Source: a bacterium (GTDB taxonomy: Bacteria > SM23-31). From it: a stretch of 64,000 nt of DNA. Location: assembly GCA_965249485.1 (NCBI GenBank), contig OZ252239.1:1504001-1568000 (forward strand). Direction: 5' to 3'. Position 1 is the stretch's first letter; every line of letters starts with the position of its first letter. The position numbers and the translations under genes were made by a program. Positions 20,812 through 31,588 of the stretch are shown in pieces. The notes under the pieces are model-generated. The model did no database searches. It saw only the letters and a program-made list of their open reading frames with translations, and was not told the origin of the DNA.

Positions 20812-22191
20812 CTAAAGATAATATTTTTTCACTTTATACCGCATAGTCCTGAGACTGATACCGAGCAGCTCTGCTGCCTTTGTCTTATTGTAATCAGTTT
20901 TTTCAAGCGCTTTCTGGATGATCTGCCGCTCAGATAACTCAAGCTGGGTTGAATAATCGAGTTCGTCTTCAGGAAACTGCGATAAAGAAGCATTTGTACC
21001 TTTGATGTCGCGGGCATGCAAATACTGCGGCAGGTCAATGATAGCGATTGTTTTTTTTTCGCACATTACAACGGAATTTTCAATCGCATTTTCAAGTTCA
21101 CGAACATTGCCCGGCCAGGCATAATTGGTCAATAATTCTATAGCTTCAGACGATATTTTCATCCGTTTGAGGTTATTTTTTTCGGTATATTTGTCGATAA
21201 AATGGTCGATCAGCAGGGGAATATCGCCCCTCCGTTTCCGCAATGGAGGAAGCAGTATTGGGATTACATTCAATCGGTAGTATAAATCCTCCCGGAACGA
21301 ATTGTCTTTGATTGCATTCTCCAGATTTGAATTTGTTGCCGCGATCACCCGGACATCTGCCGTTTGTGTTTTAGTGCTGCCAAGGCGCGTAAAGGTCCTT
21401 TCCTGCAGCAGCCGCAGCAGTTTCATCTGGACAGCCGGATTGATATCGCCGATTTCATCGAGGAGAATCGTCCCACCTTCTGCGGTTTCGATCCTGCCGA
21501 GTTTTGTCTTATCCGCCCCAGTAAAAGCGCCCTTTTCATACCCGAAAAGCTCGCTGTCAAGCAACGTATCGGGAAAAGCGGAACAGTTGATCTCGACAAA
21601 CTGTTTCTTGTTCCGGTTGCTGTGTTCATGGATAGCATGGGCAATGAGTTCTTTGCCAGTGCCGCTTTCACCGCGTAGCAGAACGGTCGAATTGGTTTTA
21701 GCGACTTTCAGCACTTTCTCAAAAACTTCCACAATCGGTCCCGACACACCGACAATGTTATCCATGCTGTATTTTGCGGCAATCTTCGATTTCAGATCGG
21801 TGATTTCCCGCTTCATACTGCTTTCATCGAGCGCTTTTTTCGTGATGACGAGAAGCTCATCGATATTCTTGATAGGTTTGGTAATGTAGTTATATACGCC
21901 GTCTTTCATAGCCTGAACGGCGCTCTCGACGGTGCCGAATGCAGTAATTATGACAACCTGTGTGGCAGGGTAATCTTTGAGGACATTCCGGGAGAGCTCA
22001 AGGCCATCCATACCGGGAAGCTGCAAGTCGGTAATAACGAGGTCTATATCCTGTTTAGACAGATGATCAATCCCGTCCTCGGCCGACAGGGCAGTGAAAA
22101 CCTTGTACCCCTCCTGGGACATAATCTCTTTTAAACCGTTAAGAGTGTGTTCTTCGTCATCGACAATCAGCAGTGTGTCTTTTTTCGCCAT
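20812..22191 (-). CDS. sigma-54-dependent NtrC/AtoC-family response regulator
   Basis: Receiver, GESGTGKE, GAFTGA, Fis-type HTH; start MAKKD at 22191 preferred over track start 22329. Confidence 0.93.
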   Translation of the reverse strand: MAKKDTLLIVDDEEHTLNGLKEIMSQEGYKVFTALSAEDGIDHLSKQDIDLVITDLQLPGMDGLELSRNVLKDYPATQVVIITAFGTVESAVQAMKDGVYNYITKPIKNIDELLVITKKALDESSMKREITDLKSKIAAKYSMDNIVGVSGPIVEVFEKVLKVAKTNSTVLLRGESGTGKELIAHAIHEHSNRNKKQFVEINCSAFPDTLLDSELFGYEKGAFTGADKTKLGRIETAEGGTILLDEIGDINPAVQMKLLRLLQERTFTRLGSTKTQTADVRVIAATNSNLENAIKDNSFREDLYYRLNVIPILLPPLRKRRGDIPLLIDHFIDKYTEKNNLKRMKISSEAIELLTNYAWPGNVRELENAIENSVVMCEKKTIAIIDLPQYLHARDIKGTNASLSQFPEDELDYSTQLELSERQIIQKALEKTDYNKTKAAELLGISLRTMRYKVKKYYL

Positions 22192-22372
22192 AAAGCAATT
22201 TCCGTAACAAAGTGTCCTAAAATACAAAAATGCATTCCATAATGCAATAAGGTAATGCACGTGTGGTATGGGGAGCGGGTTGAGCTGTATATGGAAATAA
22301 AAAGGGCAGTGCGTATGAAGATCAAACACTGCCCGTAAAGAAGAAAGTAAAGAGAAAATGGGAAGCAGGGGA

Positions 22373-22621
22373 TTATTTTTCTACTTCTACTTCAATTCTC
22401 AGGTTCGAATTTTCAGATGGACAGAGATCGTTTATCGTAACGTAGACACCGCAGATAGGAAAGAAAAGTGCAATAAAGAATATCCAGTTTGCCAATAATT
22501 TCCCGAACTTTTGAATCCGGCCCTCTGCCTTCTGTGATGAAAACAGAACAAAATATCCAATTGTTACAAAGATCGTGGCTGGTATAAAACTAAAGAAAAA
22601 ACACATGATTACCTCCCCCAA
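22373..22621 (-). CDS. small two-TM membrane protein
   Basis: Two hydrophobic helices; GGAGG RBS before ATG near 22606. Confidence 0.55.
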   Translation of the reverse strand: MGEVIMCFFFSFIPATIFVTIGYFVLFSSQKAEGRIQKFGKLLANWIFFIALFFPICGVYVTINDLCPSENSNLRIEVEVEK

Positions 22622-23086
22622 GTTATTTATTAAGCAAATGTAATATACGTTATTGATAAATGTCTGTCAATTTGTTTTGACAGTCATTCGTCATTTTAAT
22701 GTCTCTTGATAATAGTATTATCTTCATCATCTGATTCAATATGAGTGTGATACATAAATGACAGTAGATTATCGATTATTTTCTTGAATTGTGTGCGTTT
22801 TTGTTTGTATTTTAGAGTGGTATTAAAAAGCATCTGTTTCCGCACGGTAACGCAACCGCCAATCGACTATTCGTGATACATATATCATCATTACTAAATC
22901 GCAAAATCCCGGGAGCTAATTAGTTTGTGTTACAATCAGCACTCCTGAATAAATATTATCAAGTACATAAATGACCATATCAGCGTATCTGACAGAAGAG
23001 ATCGGACCAAAAATGAAATATTACTCATCCGCTAATGGTACATACTCCGAAAGTCACCAAGGTATAGTTATGGAGGGAGTATCAGG

Positions 23087-23920
23087 ATGAAGCTGCTTAT
23101 ATTCGTTCTTGCTGTATCGTCAGTTCTGAGCATGCGCTGCAGCAATTCCAATTCGAACGTTGTCACAAACCCGGGAGGAACAACGAGGCCTCCTTTTACG
23201 AAAGAAGTTGATGTACATGGTGTTTTAGTTATTGCCACAAGCGCGACACCGGATGATAAAATTCTGCACGCTGCGAATGTGTTGGGGGAATATCTCGACA
23301 GTGATGAAGACGGGGTCGTCAATAATCAGGATGTAGTCGATGAACTTGTGAGCAGGAATGCATTCATCGCTATGGCATCGAATGAAAGTGAGCTGAGCAG
23401 GGCTGACTTCAGCACTGCTCCTGACGGACCGGGACAAGGATTGTGGGGTAGTGAAACACATCCGAATGGTGCTGAAAACGAAGTATTCGATGCAACACTT
23501 GAGGAGGTGCTCCATTTGATTACCCAGCATGGTTATGCACGTGTCTATCCGAATGTGTTTGGAGAATCTGCCGGGAGCGAGATTGCAGACGCTATGGATA
23601 ATGCCAGAGGTGGACGTTTTACATCGGTTCCATCACAGTACCCTGAAGGTGCATGGTTCACCTATGATGATGAAACCTGCGATTACGACTGTATGATTAC
23701 CGAATACACCTACTGGGCATTGACCTCAATTCTCGGTGCGCAGCACTTTGACTGGCGCCTGGATCAAATCGACAACGAATGGAGGTCAAACAACGCAATG
23801 AAAGTCCAGGAACATGACCCTGATGTTTATACCCTGTTGACCAATCTGCAGTATAATCTTCCAATGGTTCTGCCGGACGGAAACTATGAATACCAGACGC
23901 TCACCGTTAGTGAGCGGTAG
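23087..23920 (+). CDS. secreted/lipoprotein, possibly zincin-like
   Basis: Signal peptide with Cys; EEVLH motif and downstream EY. Confidence 0.65.
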   Translation: MKLLIFVLAVSSVLSMRCSNSNSNVVTNPGGTTRPPFTKEVDVHGVLVIATSATPDDKILHAANVLGEYLDSDEDGVVNNQDVVDELVSRNAFIAMASNESELSRADFSTAPDGPGQGLWGSETHPNGAENEVFDATLEEVLHLITQHGYARVYPNVFGESAGSEIADAMDNARGGRFTSVPSQYPEGAWFTYDDETCDYDCMITEYTYWALTSILGAQHFDWRLDQIDNEWRSNNAMKVQEHDPDVYTLLTNLQYNLPMVLPDGNYEYQTLTVSER

Positions 23921-23935
23921 AAATATTCTCTTAAT

Positions 23936-25303
23936 ATGAGGAGGGGCAGTATGCGTAAGCAATGGTTAGCTATTGCAGTGTTTTCAATTATCGTTCTCAT
24001 TGTGGGAACAGATTCATTTGCACAGGAAGCGAAAAAACGGTGGGAAATATTGAATCTCATCCGCCACGAGAAATTTGACCAGATCCTGCCGGGTGCACTG
24101 CGTGACAACAATATCGAAATGTGGATTCATGCAATACGTGACGGCGATCCCGATCCTTTAGCAATCGATCTTGGCGGGAGTCAGGGATATTTCGTTTTTA
24201 CTGACCGCGGTGGTGATCGGGTCGAGCGGGCAGTGTTCGGTAGTTGGGGCGATAGTGGTGATGTCTACGATATTGAAGGAAGAGAGAGTGCGCTCCGGGC
24301 ACATGTCGAAGAACGTGATCCCAAGATAATTGCCGTGAACTATTCGGAATGGATTGCGGTTGCCGACGGGATTTCTCACACTGGATACAAAAAACTGGTC
24401 GAACTGCTTGGTAGCAAGTACACAAACCGATTTATATCCGCAGAAAATGTGATAACTGATTTCCGGGTGCGAAGAACCCAGAGTGAGATCATCGCATTTG
24501 CAAACACTGCAGAAATGCACCGGCAGATTATTGAGAAAGCAATGTCGAGCGCAGTCATCACTCCTGGAATCACCTCACGGCAAGACGTTGGCTGGTGGAT
24601 GCAGGACCGGATACTTGAGCAGGGTCTTACTTCAACATACGGCAATAATGGACCGTCGGTGCTTTACTCGGCAAAATCAGATAAGTCGGATACACGTTCG
24701 CCGAACTACATTTACCAGCCCGGTGACTTTCTGACCCACGATATGAGTGTCAAATACCTGAATTACGAGACCGATTATAAACGAAACGCCTATATTCTTC
24801 GTGAAGGTGAAAATGCCGCACCGGAAGGGATACAGTATGCATTCGACCAAGGTTTGAAAGCCCGTGAGGTTATCAAAAAGAACTTTAAAGTCGGTCGGAC
24901 ACCAAATGAGACGATTCAGATTATCGGCCAGGCACTTGAAGAAGCTGGTTTTGGCTATATACACAATGATCCGACCATCGATGGAGGATCTTCCGGAATT
25001 AGGCCGGGTGACCAGCTCAAACATCCCGATAAAACTGAAGTCTCGATCGATTTCCATAGTGTCGGCAATACCGGTAACGGTGACGTTGCGGTTGGCCCTT
25101 CAATGGCTGCAATGCGTCCCGATAGAGGACATCTCATATTGCAGCATAACCATCTTTTTTCATTTGAATACGTGTGTTACACGGCAATACCAGAACTGAA
25201 CGGGGAAAAACTCCGCATAAATTTCGAAGATAACCATGTCCTTACCAACAACGGTGTCGAATGGCTCTATCCGCCGAATGAGAAGATAATCCTGATTAAA
25301 TAG
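23936..25303 (+). CDS. secreted M24 (Xaa-Pro) metallopeptidase
   Basis: Signal peptide; D..D (HDMS..ETD), FHSVG, FSFE, FED metal ligands. Confidence 0.8.
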   Translation: MRRGSMRKQWLAIAVFSIIVLIVGTDSFAQEAKKRWEILNLIRHEKFDQILPGALRDNNIEMWIHAIRDGDPDPLAIDLGGSQGYFVFTDRGGDRVERAVFGSWGDSGDVYDIEGRESALRAHVEERDPKIIAVNYSEWIAVADGISHTGYKKLVELLGSKYTNRFISAENVITDFRVRRTQSEIIAFANTAEMHRQIIEKAMSSAVITPGITSRQDVGWWMQDRILEQGLTSTYGNNGPSVLYSAKSDKSDTRSPNYIYQPGDFLTHDMSVKYLNYETDYKRNAYILREGENAAPEGIQYAFDQGLKAREVIKKNFKVGRTPNETIQIIGQALEEAGFGYIHNDPTIDGGSSGIRPGDQLKHPDKTEVSIDFHSVGNTGNGDVAVGPSMAAMRPDRGHLILQHNHLFSFEYVCYTAIPELNGEKLRINFEDNHVLTNNGVEWLYPPNEKIILIK

Positions 25304-25383
25304 CAACACCCCTGCCCGCTTTTTGATCTTCAACTCATTCTTAAATATTGCTATTAGTTTTTTGGTTTACTATTTTCGGTTTA

Positions 25384-25850
25384 TGGATATTACACTCAAA
25401 GAGATAATCAATAATCCGTTTTTTATTGCGATTGTGTCTGCCGCATTTACAGGTACGATTATTTATGGTATTGAAATGATTAAGGGCAAAATAGCGGATA
25501 GGCGGAAAATTGATCGTCTGAAGAAAATAATTATCAGTGAACTCGAAATTCTCCGGCACGATATTAAGCATCTGATTGATTACTATGAACAGAAAAAGCA
25601 GTGGCCGCAAAAGCGTTCTCAGAGTAATTTTCCGTTCGATGCACTAATAAACTACATCAATGAATTGACCGCAATGCCGATCGATCTCCATCTGCAAAAG
25701 ACCCTCTTCAGTAGCATACCGATTATTTATGATCTGGCCGGCGGCAATTTGGAATATGAATTCAGGGGATACACAACAATAGAGGATTACAGATCTGCTT
25801 ATGATCAGTTCTGTGATACTGTCGAAATTTTAGATGGCAGGAATAGTTGA
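25384..25850 (+). CDS. hypothetical protein with N-terminal TM anchor
   Basis: ORF with one hydrophobic helix; ATG at 25384 preferred. Confidence 0.55.
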
Positions 25851-26083
25851 ACTTTCAACCATGTAAACACGTGTAATATTGTAGTAGCACGATGTGATCA
25901 GCTTTAAAAGGTCTTGAATGGTTTCTCTAATAGATTTATTGGAAATTGATGGAGAAATCAGTTCAAGACCTCTTTCATTTATCCACAAAAGAAGTAAAAA
26001 AACTTGATATCGAGCAATTCTTCTTTGTACATTAAATTGGTGTTTCATTTCAAAGACAAATGAGTCTATAAAATGGAGATATT

Positions 26084-26560
26084 ATGAGTGTTATACATAA
26101 AAATGCAAAAGACATTATGACGAGAGATGTTGTTCTCGTCACTGAAGATGTGCATATTAATAAATTAAATGAGCTTATGCTTGAATACTCAATTAGTGGA
26201 ATACCCGTTGTTAACAAAAACAAAAATCTTATCGGAATCGTAACTAAAACCGATGTTTTAGGTGCATCCATCGATGCACATCTCGATTTAAAGGTACACA
26301 TAAGTCTCAAAGATATCCTTGATCTTCATGCAAAAGATACGGAAATCGAAATAACAGCCCAGGAAGAACTTGTTGTCAAAGACATAATGACCAAAAATCC
26401 GATTACTGTAACTGAAAGTACGCCGATCGAAAGCATTGCTGACAAGATGATTATCAATAATATTCACAGAGTGATCGTGACAAATCGAAAAAAAGTTGTA
26501 GGCATTATTAGCACTTCTGACCTCCTCTTCTATGTTGCCAGGAAAAGCATAAATGAATGA
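26084..26560 (+). CDS. tandem CBS-domain protein
   Basis: Two KDIMT...GI(V/I)(T/S)xxD repeats. Confidence 0.92.
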   Translation: MSVIHKNAKDIMTRDVVLVTEDVHINKLNELMLEYSISGIPVVNKNKNLIGIVTKTDVLGASIDAHLDLKVHISLKDILDLHAKDTEIEITAQEELVVKDIMTKNPITVTESTPIESIADKMIINNIHRVIVTNRKKVVGIISTSDLLFYVARKSINE

Positions 26561-28462
26561 AGATACGCAGTCACCACTGGACGAAAAGTCTGAAGAACAA
26601 AGCGTTACAATAAATGTGGAAGTGTCACAGGATAAAAGCGAAGCTTTTGTCACGATAATTCCGCTCACTGATGATCCGCATTGTACACAAGAAGAAATTA
26701 AAAACGCACTGAATGATAAAGGTATTAAATTTGGTGTTGATGAAAAGAAACTTGCGGAACTCCTCAATGATATTCAATTCGACGAGAGAATTCAAATAGC
26801 ATCAGGTACAAAGCCGGAAGATGGAAAAGACGGCACAATCACCTACAAATACCCCCCTAAGGTAAAATCCAAGATAGGTAAAGGCGACATAATCGGCGAG
26901 ACTATTTCTCCGAAAGAGGGGAAAAACGGAATTGATGTTTTTCAAGAAGCAATTCAGGCATTACCGGTAAAAAATGTTGGAGTTCCCGAGCTCATAAATG
27001 CCGGATTTGCGCCCGATGACCCAAGCCGTATTTTAGCAAATATAGATGGGTATCTTCTTATCGATCAGGCCGTTCAGGTTATCCCTTTTTTTACATTGGA
27101 TGAAATCACCGATCATTATGAAGCAGAAGTTACGGTAACAAAACTGATGAAAAGTGGTGACTTTACTTCCGAAGATCTGAAAGAATTCCTCAAAAGCAGC
27201 AATATAGTATTTGGAATTCTCAATAAAGAAATTGAATCGATCTTTGCCAAGGGAAAATTTGAGCAGAAAATTGTAGTTGCGAAGGGGAGAACAGTCAAAG
27301 ATGAAAAGGATGGTAAAGTTAAGTACTATTTTGATACGGAACTCAAGCCGTTTAAAGATGAAAAGGGAAATGTCGATTATAAAAAGCTGAATTTTATTCA
27401 GGTAGTTAATAAGGGTGATAAACTTGCTGAAATTGTACCACCTGTCAAGGGAGTTGTGGGGTGTACGATATTAGGAGAAACCATACAGCCGAAAGAAGGT
27501 CAGATTCCTTTATTGCCGTCCGGAAACAACGTCCATTCCGATCCGGGAAATCCTAATGTTCTGATTTCTGAGATTGATGGAACTGTTTCTTTAAAAGGAA
27601 AAAACGTCGAGGTCGATCCGGTCATCACAATTAAAGAAAATGTTGATTATTCGACCGGAAATATAAACTTTGACGGTTCGGTTATTGTAAATGGCGATGT
27701 AAAAAGCGGTTTCAATATCCAGGCTCACGGCGACGTTCAGATTAACGGTTTGGTGGAAGATTCGCATATTGTCTCTCATGGCAATGTTCTTGTGAAAACC
27801 GGATTTATCGGAAAAGGAGACGGTACAATAAGTGCACAAGGAAATGTTGTAACAAAGTATTGTGATACACAAAAAATCAAATGTGAGGGAAACCTTGAAA
27901 TTGGTGATTTTGTTATGCAAAGCAATATTCATACAAAAGGCAAGCTCACCGTAACTGAGCAAACCGGTCTTATTGTCGGTGGAGAAATTTATGCAATGGA
28001 GGGTGTAGAGGCAAAAGTGCTCGGGAATCAAAACTATACACAGACCACAATATATGCTGGGGTTGATAATGAATACAGAGATTTAATGCGGATGCTCGGA
28101 TTGAAACTAGCAAAGAATATCGAACAAAAAAGTGAAGTTGAAAAAGCACTTGCAATGTATAAGCGTCGACTGCTTGTTAAAAAAACCATATCTGAAAGTA
28201 AGAAAATCTTAATTGAAAAACTAAAACAACTTCAGATTAAACTCTTGGACGAAGAAAGCTCCATCAGGAGTGAAATTGAAACTCAGGAAAAAAAGCCGGC
28301 TCGTTCAAAAATCCCGAAATCAAAGTTCTGGACGTTATCTATCCAGGAGTGAAAATAGTGATCAATGATCAACAAATGACGGTGCAAGAACCGCTGCAGT
28401 ATGTCTTTTTTAAATATACCGACAAAGGAATTGTCGCCGCCGATCTTGACGAGCAGAAGTAA
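26553..28462 (+). CDS. FapA/DUF342 family protein whose C-terminus lies in the -1 frame
   Basis: VDYSTGNINFDGSVIVNGDV beta-solenoid; frame 0 stops at 28352, -1 frame continues VLDVIYPGVKIVI to TAA at 28462. Confidence 0.8.
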
Positions 28463-28907
28463 CATTTTTGCATTCGTACAGTTTAGATGGGTTACGATAA
28501 ATATTGGTACTGATCATTCTTAACAGTTTTTAGAAGCATTTGTAATTATACGTATGTTTCTTCCATTTTTTTAAATAATTACCTCTGCCAATCTAAGAGT
28601 CCCATAGCAATCCAAATTTTAGTATGATGTTCTGATATCGATTTCATAGATATTGAGGAAGTTAAAAGATTGAATATGAATATTGGGTGAGAAGATCGTG
28701 CTTTTGGGAAGAACCATGTAGATAACTTGATTGCGCATAATAAATGTGCTATTATCAACGTAATTAATCTCAGATTATTATAAGGTTAAACCGGAATATA
28801 CTAGTATCATTTCTGTAAATTTTTAAGAGATTTTTGAAGCTATTTTATTAGCTATTATTACGGTAATTTTTCAATGCTATCAACCACTTTACGAGAGGAG
28901 TATTATT

Positions 28908-29720
28908 GTGGATTTAAGTGAAAAGGACCTTGATCACTATCTTCAACAGGCAGTGATTGCTGCCAAAAAAACAGGCGATGTGTTACTCAAGATGATGCCA
29001 ATGGATCATAGGCTGAATGCCCAGGAAAGATCAAAGCTTATGGACGATGTTGATCATAAATCAGATGATTGTCTGTATGAATCAATTCGCGAAGTTTTTC
29101 CAGATCATCAATATATTTCCGTAGGAACCGAAAACCAAATATTCCATAAAGAGGGATTCCTCTGGGTATTAGATCCTTTGGTTGGTCTTGGAAACTTTGC
29201 CCACGGAGATCCGCATTATGCAATATCCGCGGCACTCATTGTTGATGGTATCATTGTTGCCGGAGTTGTGTACAACCCTGTTTTTAACGAGCTTTTCACT
29301 GCTCTAAAAGGATATGGCTCGTTCCTTAACGGAAAGCCTATCCGCGTTTCAAATACTGAAAAAATGGAAAACTCACTTCTTTCAATAAGATTTCCATATG
29401 ATATTCATGATGGAAAAGTAACTAATCTCAGTATTTTTAATCATATTATTATGAAAGCTGAGGGCATCCTGAATAACGGTACTGCGACACTCGATCTTGC
29501 TTACGTGGCATGCGGCCAATATGATGGATTCTGGGCATTAAATATGAATCCATGGGATTTAACTGCTGCGGTTCTATTGATTGAAGAAGCAGGAGGGAAA
29601 GTAACCACTCTCACTGATGAAGACTATTTTATTGAGTCAACGGAAATCCTCGGAACGAATGGTACAATTCATCAGGAAGTAATCGATGCAATATTTGAGA
29701 TTCCCAAGGAATCATGGTAG
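28908..29720 (+). CDS. inositol monophosphatase / SuhB-family protein with degenerate catalytic motif
   Basis: WVLDPLVGLGNF, LDLAYVACG, PWDLTAA. Confidence 0.85.
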   Translation: MDLSEKDLDHYLQQAVIAAKKTGDVLLKMMPMDHRLNAQERSKLMDDVDHKSDDCLYESIREVFPDHQYISVGTENQIFHKEGFLWVLDPLVGLGNFAHGDPHYAISAALIVDGIIVAGVVYNPVFNELFTALKGYGSFLNGKPIRVSNTEKMENSLLSIRFPYDIHDGKVTNLSIFNHIIMKAEGILNNGTATLDLAYVACGQYDGFWALNMNPWDLTAAVLLIEEAGGKVTTLTDEDYFIESTEILGTNGTIHQEVIDAIFEIPKESW

Positions 29721-29755
29721 TACGATTACAACCTTTTTGACAGTCGTAAAACTAT

Positions 29756-29784
29756 AAAAAGCCCGCTAAAATCAGCGGGCTTTT
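29756..29784. terminator. bidirectional intrinsic terminator
   Basis: AAAAGCCCGCT/AGCGGGCTTTT hairpin between suhB-like gene and convergent tRNA. Confidence 0.85.
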
Positions 29785-29818
29785 GTGTTGTTAGTTGTTA
29801 AAATCTATAGCAATAAAG

Positions 29819-29891
29819 AGCTGGCAGGGAGACTCGAACTCCCGACCTATTCATTACGAATGAATTGCTCTACCAACTGAGCTATGCCAGC
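29819..29891 (-). tRNA. tRNA-Thr(CGT), CCA not encoded
   Basis: Acceptor GCTGGCA/TGCCAGC, D-loop AGTTGGTA, anticodon arm ATTCA-TTCGTAA-TGAAT, T-loop GTTCGAG. Confidence 0.97.
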
Positions 29892-29952
29892 ATAATTTAC
29901 GCATAAAATGTGCAACACTAAATATACATTTTCCGGCAATTTTTGTCAATTA

Positions 29953-30333
29953 CTATTTTAAGTCGGGGAGCAGTTCAAATACAGCTTTTTTAAGAAATTC
30001 CCGTTCATAAACATCATTGTCGACTATATCATGATTCCAAACAACAATATCGAGATCAATAATCCGAGGTCCATATTTGTCGTCATTTCTATTGTGACCG
30101 AGTTTGTTTTCCAGTTGTTTAAGCCATTTTTTTAACTCTGAATAATGTTTCTTCGTTTCAACCAGCAATGCCCCGTTTAAAAAGTCAGGCTGTTCGATGT
30201 TGCCAATCGGCTTCGTCCGGATAAAAGGCGATTCAGCCTGAAGTGCTAGATGTTCCCTGATTTCTTCTAATGCTGTCCTGATATTCCTATCAGGATCAAC
30301 ATTTGAACCAACAGCAATGATAGCCTGATTCAT
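29953..30333 (-). CDS. folK: 2-amino-4-hydroxy-6-hydroxymethyldihydropteridine diphosphokinase
   Basis: AVGSN, QPDFLN, GPRIIDLDI motifs. Confidence 0.93.
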   Translation of the reverse strand: MNQAIIAVGSNVDPDRNIRTALEEIREHLALQAESPFIRTKPIGNIEQPDFLNGALLVETKKHYSELKKWLKQLENKLGHNRNDDKYGPRIIDLDIVVWNHDIVDNDVYEREFLKKAVFELLPDLK

Positions 30334-30413
30334 AAATATTCTTTCACGTTAGGTGCAACATTTATTAAACAAAACAGGGTGCATCAAGAACAACCAATTA
30401 AAGAGTATTGGCT

Positions 30414-30770
30414 TTACTCTAGGCTTGAAACTGAAACAGAAATAGAATCTGCATACCTGATCGCGTGCGGCTTTTCGACGCGGACCTTGGCATGAATAAT
30501 CTTTCTTTCATTAAGGACTATATTCAGTATAAAATAAGCAAGTGCTTCGAGTAGAAAATAATTTGACTGTTCAACTTCAGCAATAATTCGCTTTGAAATG
30601 ATTTTATAATTAACTGAATTGTCAATACTGTCTCTTTGAACTGCTTCAGCTACATCAACTTTCATTTCTACATTTATTATAACATCTTGTTTCTTTTTCC
30701 GTTCCCAATCATTAAAACCAATAATTGTACGTAATCGAAGATTTTCAATATTTATTATAGCTGTCTTCAC
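30414..30770 (-). CDS. folB: dihydroneopterin aldolase/epimerase (FolB/FolX family)
   Basis: IIG..WER...Q, VNY, LLE, VEKPHA motifs; adjacent to folK. Confidence 0.85.
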   Translation of the reverse strand: MKTAIINIENLRLRTIIGFNDWERKKKQDVIINVEMKVDVAEAVQRDSIDNSVNYKIISKRIIAEVEQSNYFLLEALAYFILNIVLNERKIIHAKVRVEKPHAIRYADSISVSVSSLE

Positions 30771-30980
30771 AGACTTTCACCTCCATATTTATCAATAAAA
30801 TCACTCCATTTTTTAGCTCATATATAAATCATAATTCTATAATAATTAACTACTTACAAGGGGTTGTTATGCTAATTAGTTTATTTTCGTTATTAGACGA
30901 CAATATACATAATTATGCGACAATAACGCAAGTATGTTTATACAAAGTTTACACAGTCTATTTCTATGAGGGGATAGAAA

Positions 30981-31184
30981 ATGTCCGACCTGAAAACCTG
31001 CAATACAATCGCAGACACAATCATTGCCGGATTCCAAGAACTTTGTGCAATGAAACAACATCCCAAATTGGAGTTTATAGGTGAACAGGAAACGCTTAAT
31101 GGTGAACCGCTTTACTTGTATAACTGTCTGTACTGTGGAGCTACGGTTTGCGGTGAGCGGCCGGAGGATTACAATTGCAAATAA
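30981..31184 (+). CDS. phage small protein with CxxC motif
   Basis: GAGGGG RBS; CLYCG. Confidence 0.6.
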   Translation: MSDLKTCNTIADTIIAGFQELCAMKQHPKLEFIGEQETLNGEPLYLYNCLYCGATVCGERPEDYNCK

Positions 31185-31259
31185 CATACACATCATGGAT
31201 CATTCGTCTAATCGTTTTCATCATGCGGATCATCAGTTACGAGTATGAGGAAATAAATC

Positions 31260-31466
31260 ATGTTGTACAATATCGTAAGAAAACCAAAGGCGTTATTAAC
31301 ATTCGTCAGGTCACAGATCAGTAAATCAACGGGTAATAAGCGATATTTCTATGCGGATCGGCAGGGCAATCGGTATATGATGTGGACCGCCCGCAGTCTC
31401 AGATATTTAGAAGATGGCACGTTTTACACGGTCACAAAGGAACACTGGAGAAAGGCAGTCGCATGA
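31260..31466 (+). CDS. phage hypothetical protein (basic)
   Basis: GAGG RBS; ATGA overlap with next ORF. Confidence 0.6.
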   Translation: MLYNIVRKPKALLTFVRSQISKSTGNKRYFYADRQGNRYMMWTARSLRYLEDGTFYTVTKEHWRKAVA

Positions 31467-31564
31467 ATTTTAAAGACGTATATGAATTCGCATTGGCGCT
31501 ATTCTGCATCGGTGCGTGGTACTGTGCGTTGGCGTTGTGGCATATCGTAATTAGCATAGCGTAA
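31463..31564 (+). CDS. 33-aa hydrophobic phage peptide
   Basis: ATGA coupling; single TM-like helix. Confidence 0.45.
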   Translation: MNFKDVYEFALALFCIGAWYCALALWHIVISIA

Positions 31565-31588
31565 ATGTTTTTCAGTTAAGGAGCAACC

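Noticed and set aside
28731..28758. dif-like site (TGCGCATAA)
   Set aside because: Only the XerC-like arm matches; the XerD arm TTATGTTAAAT is absent.
29819..29891. tRNA-Thr as the prophage attachment site
   Set aside because: folK and folB lie between it and the phage genes, its 3' end points away from the prophage, and I saw no duplicate of its 3' end in the window.
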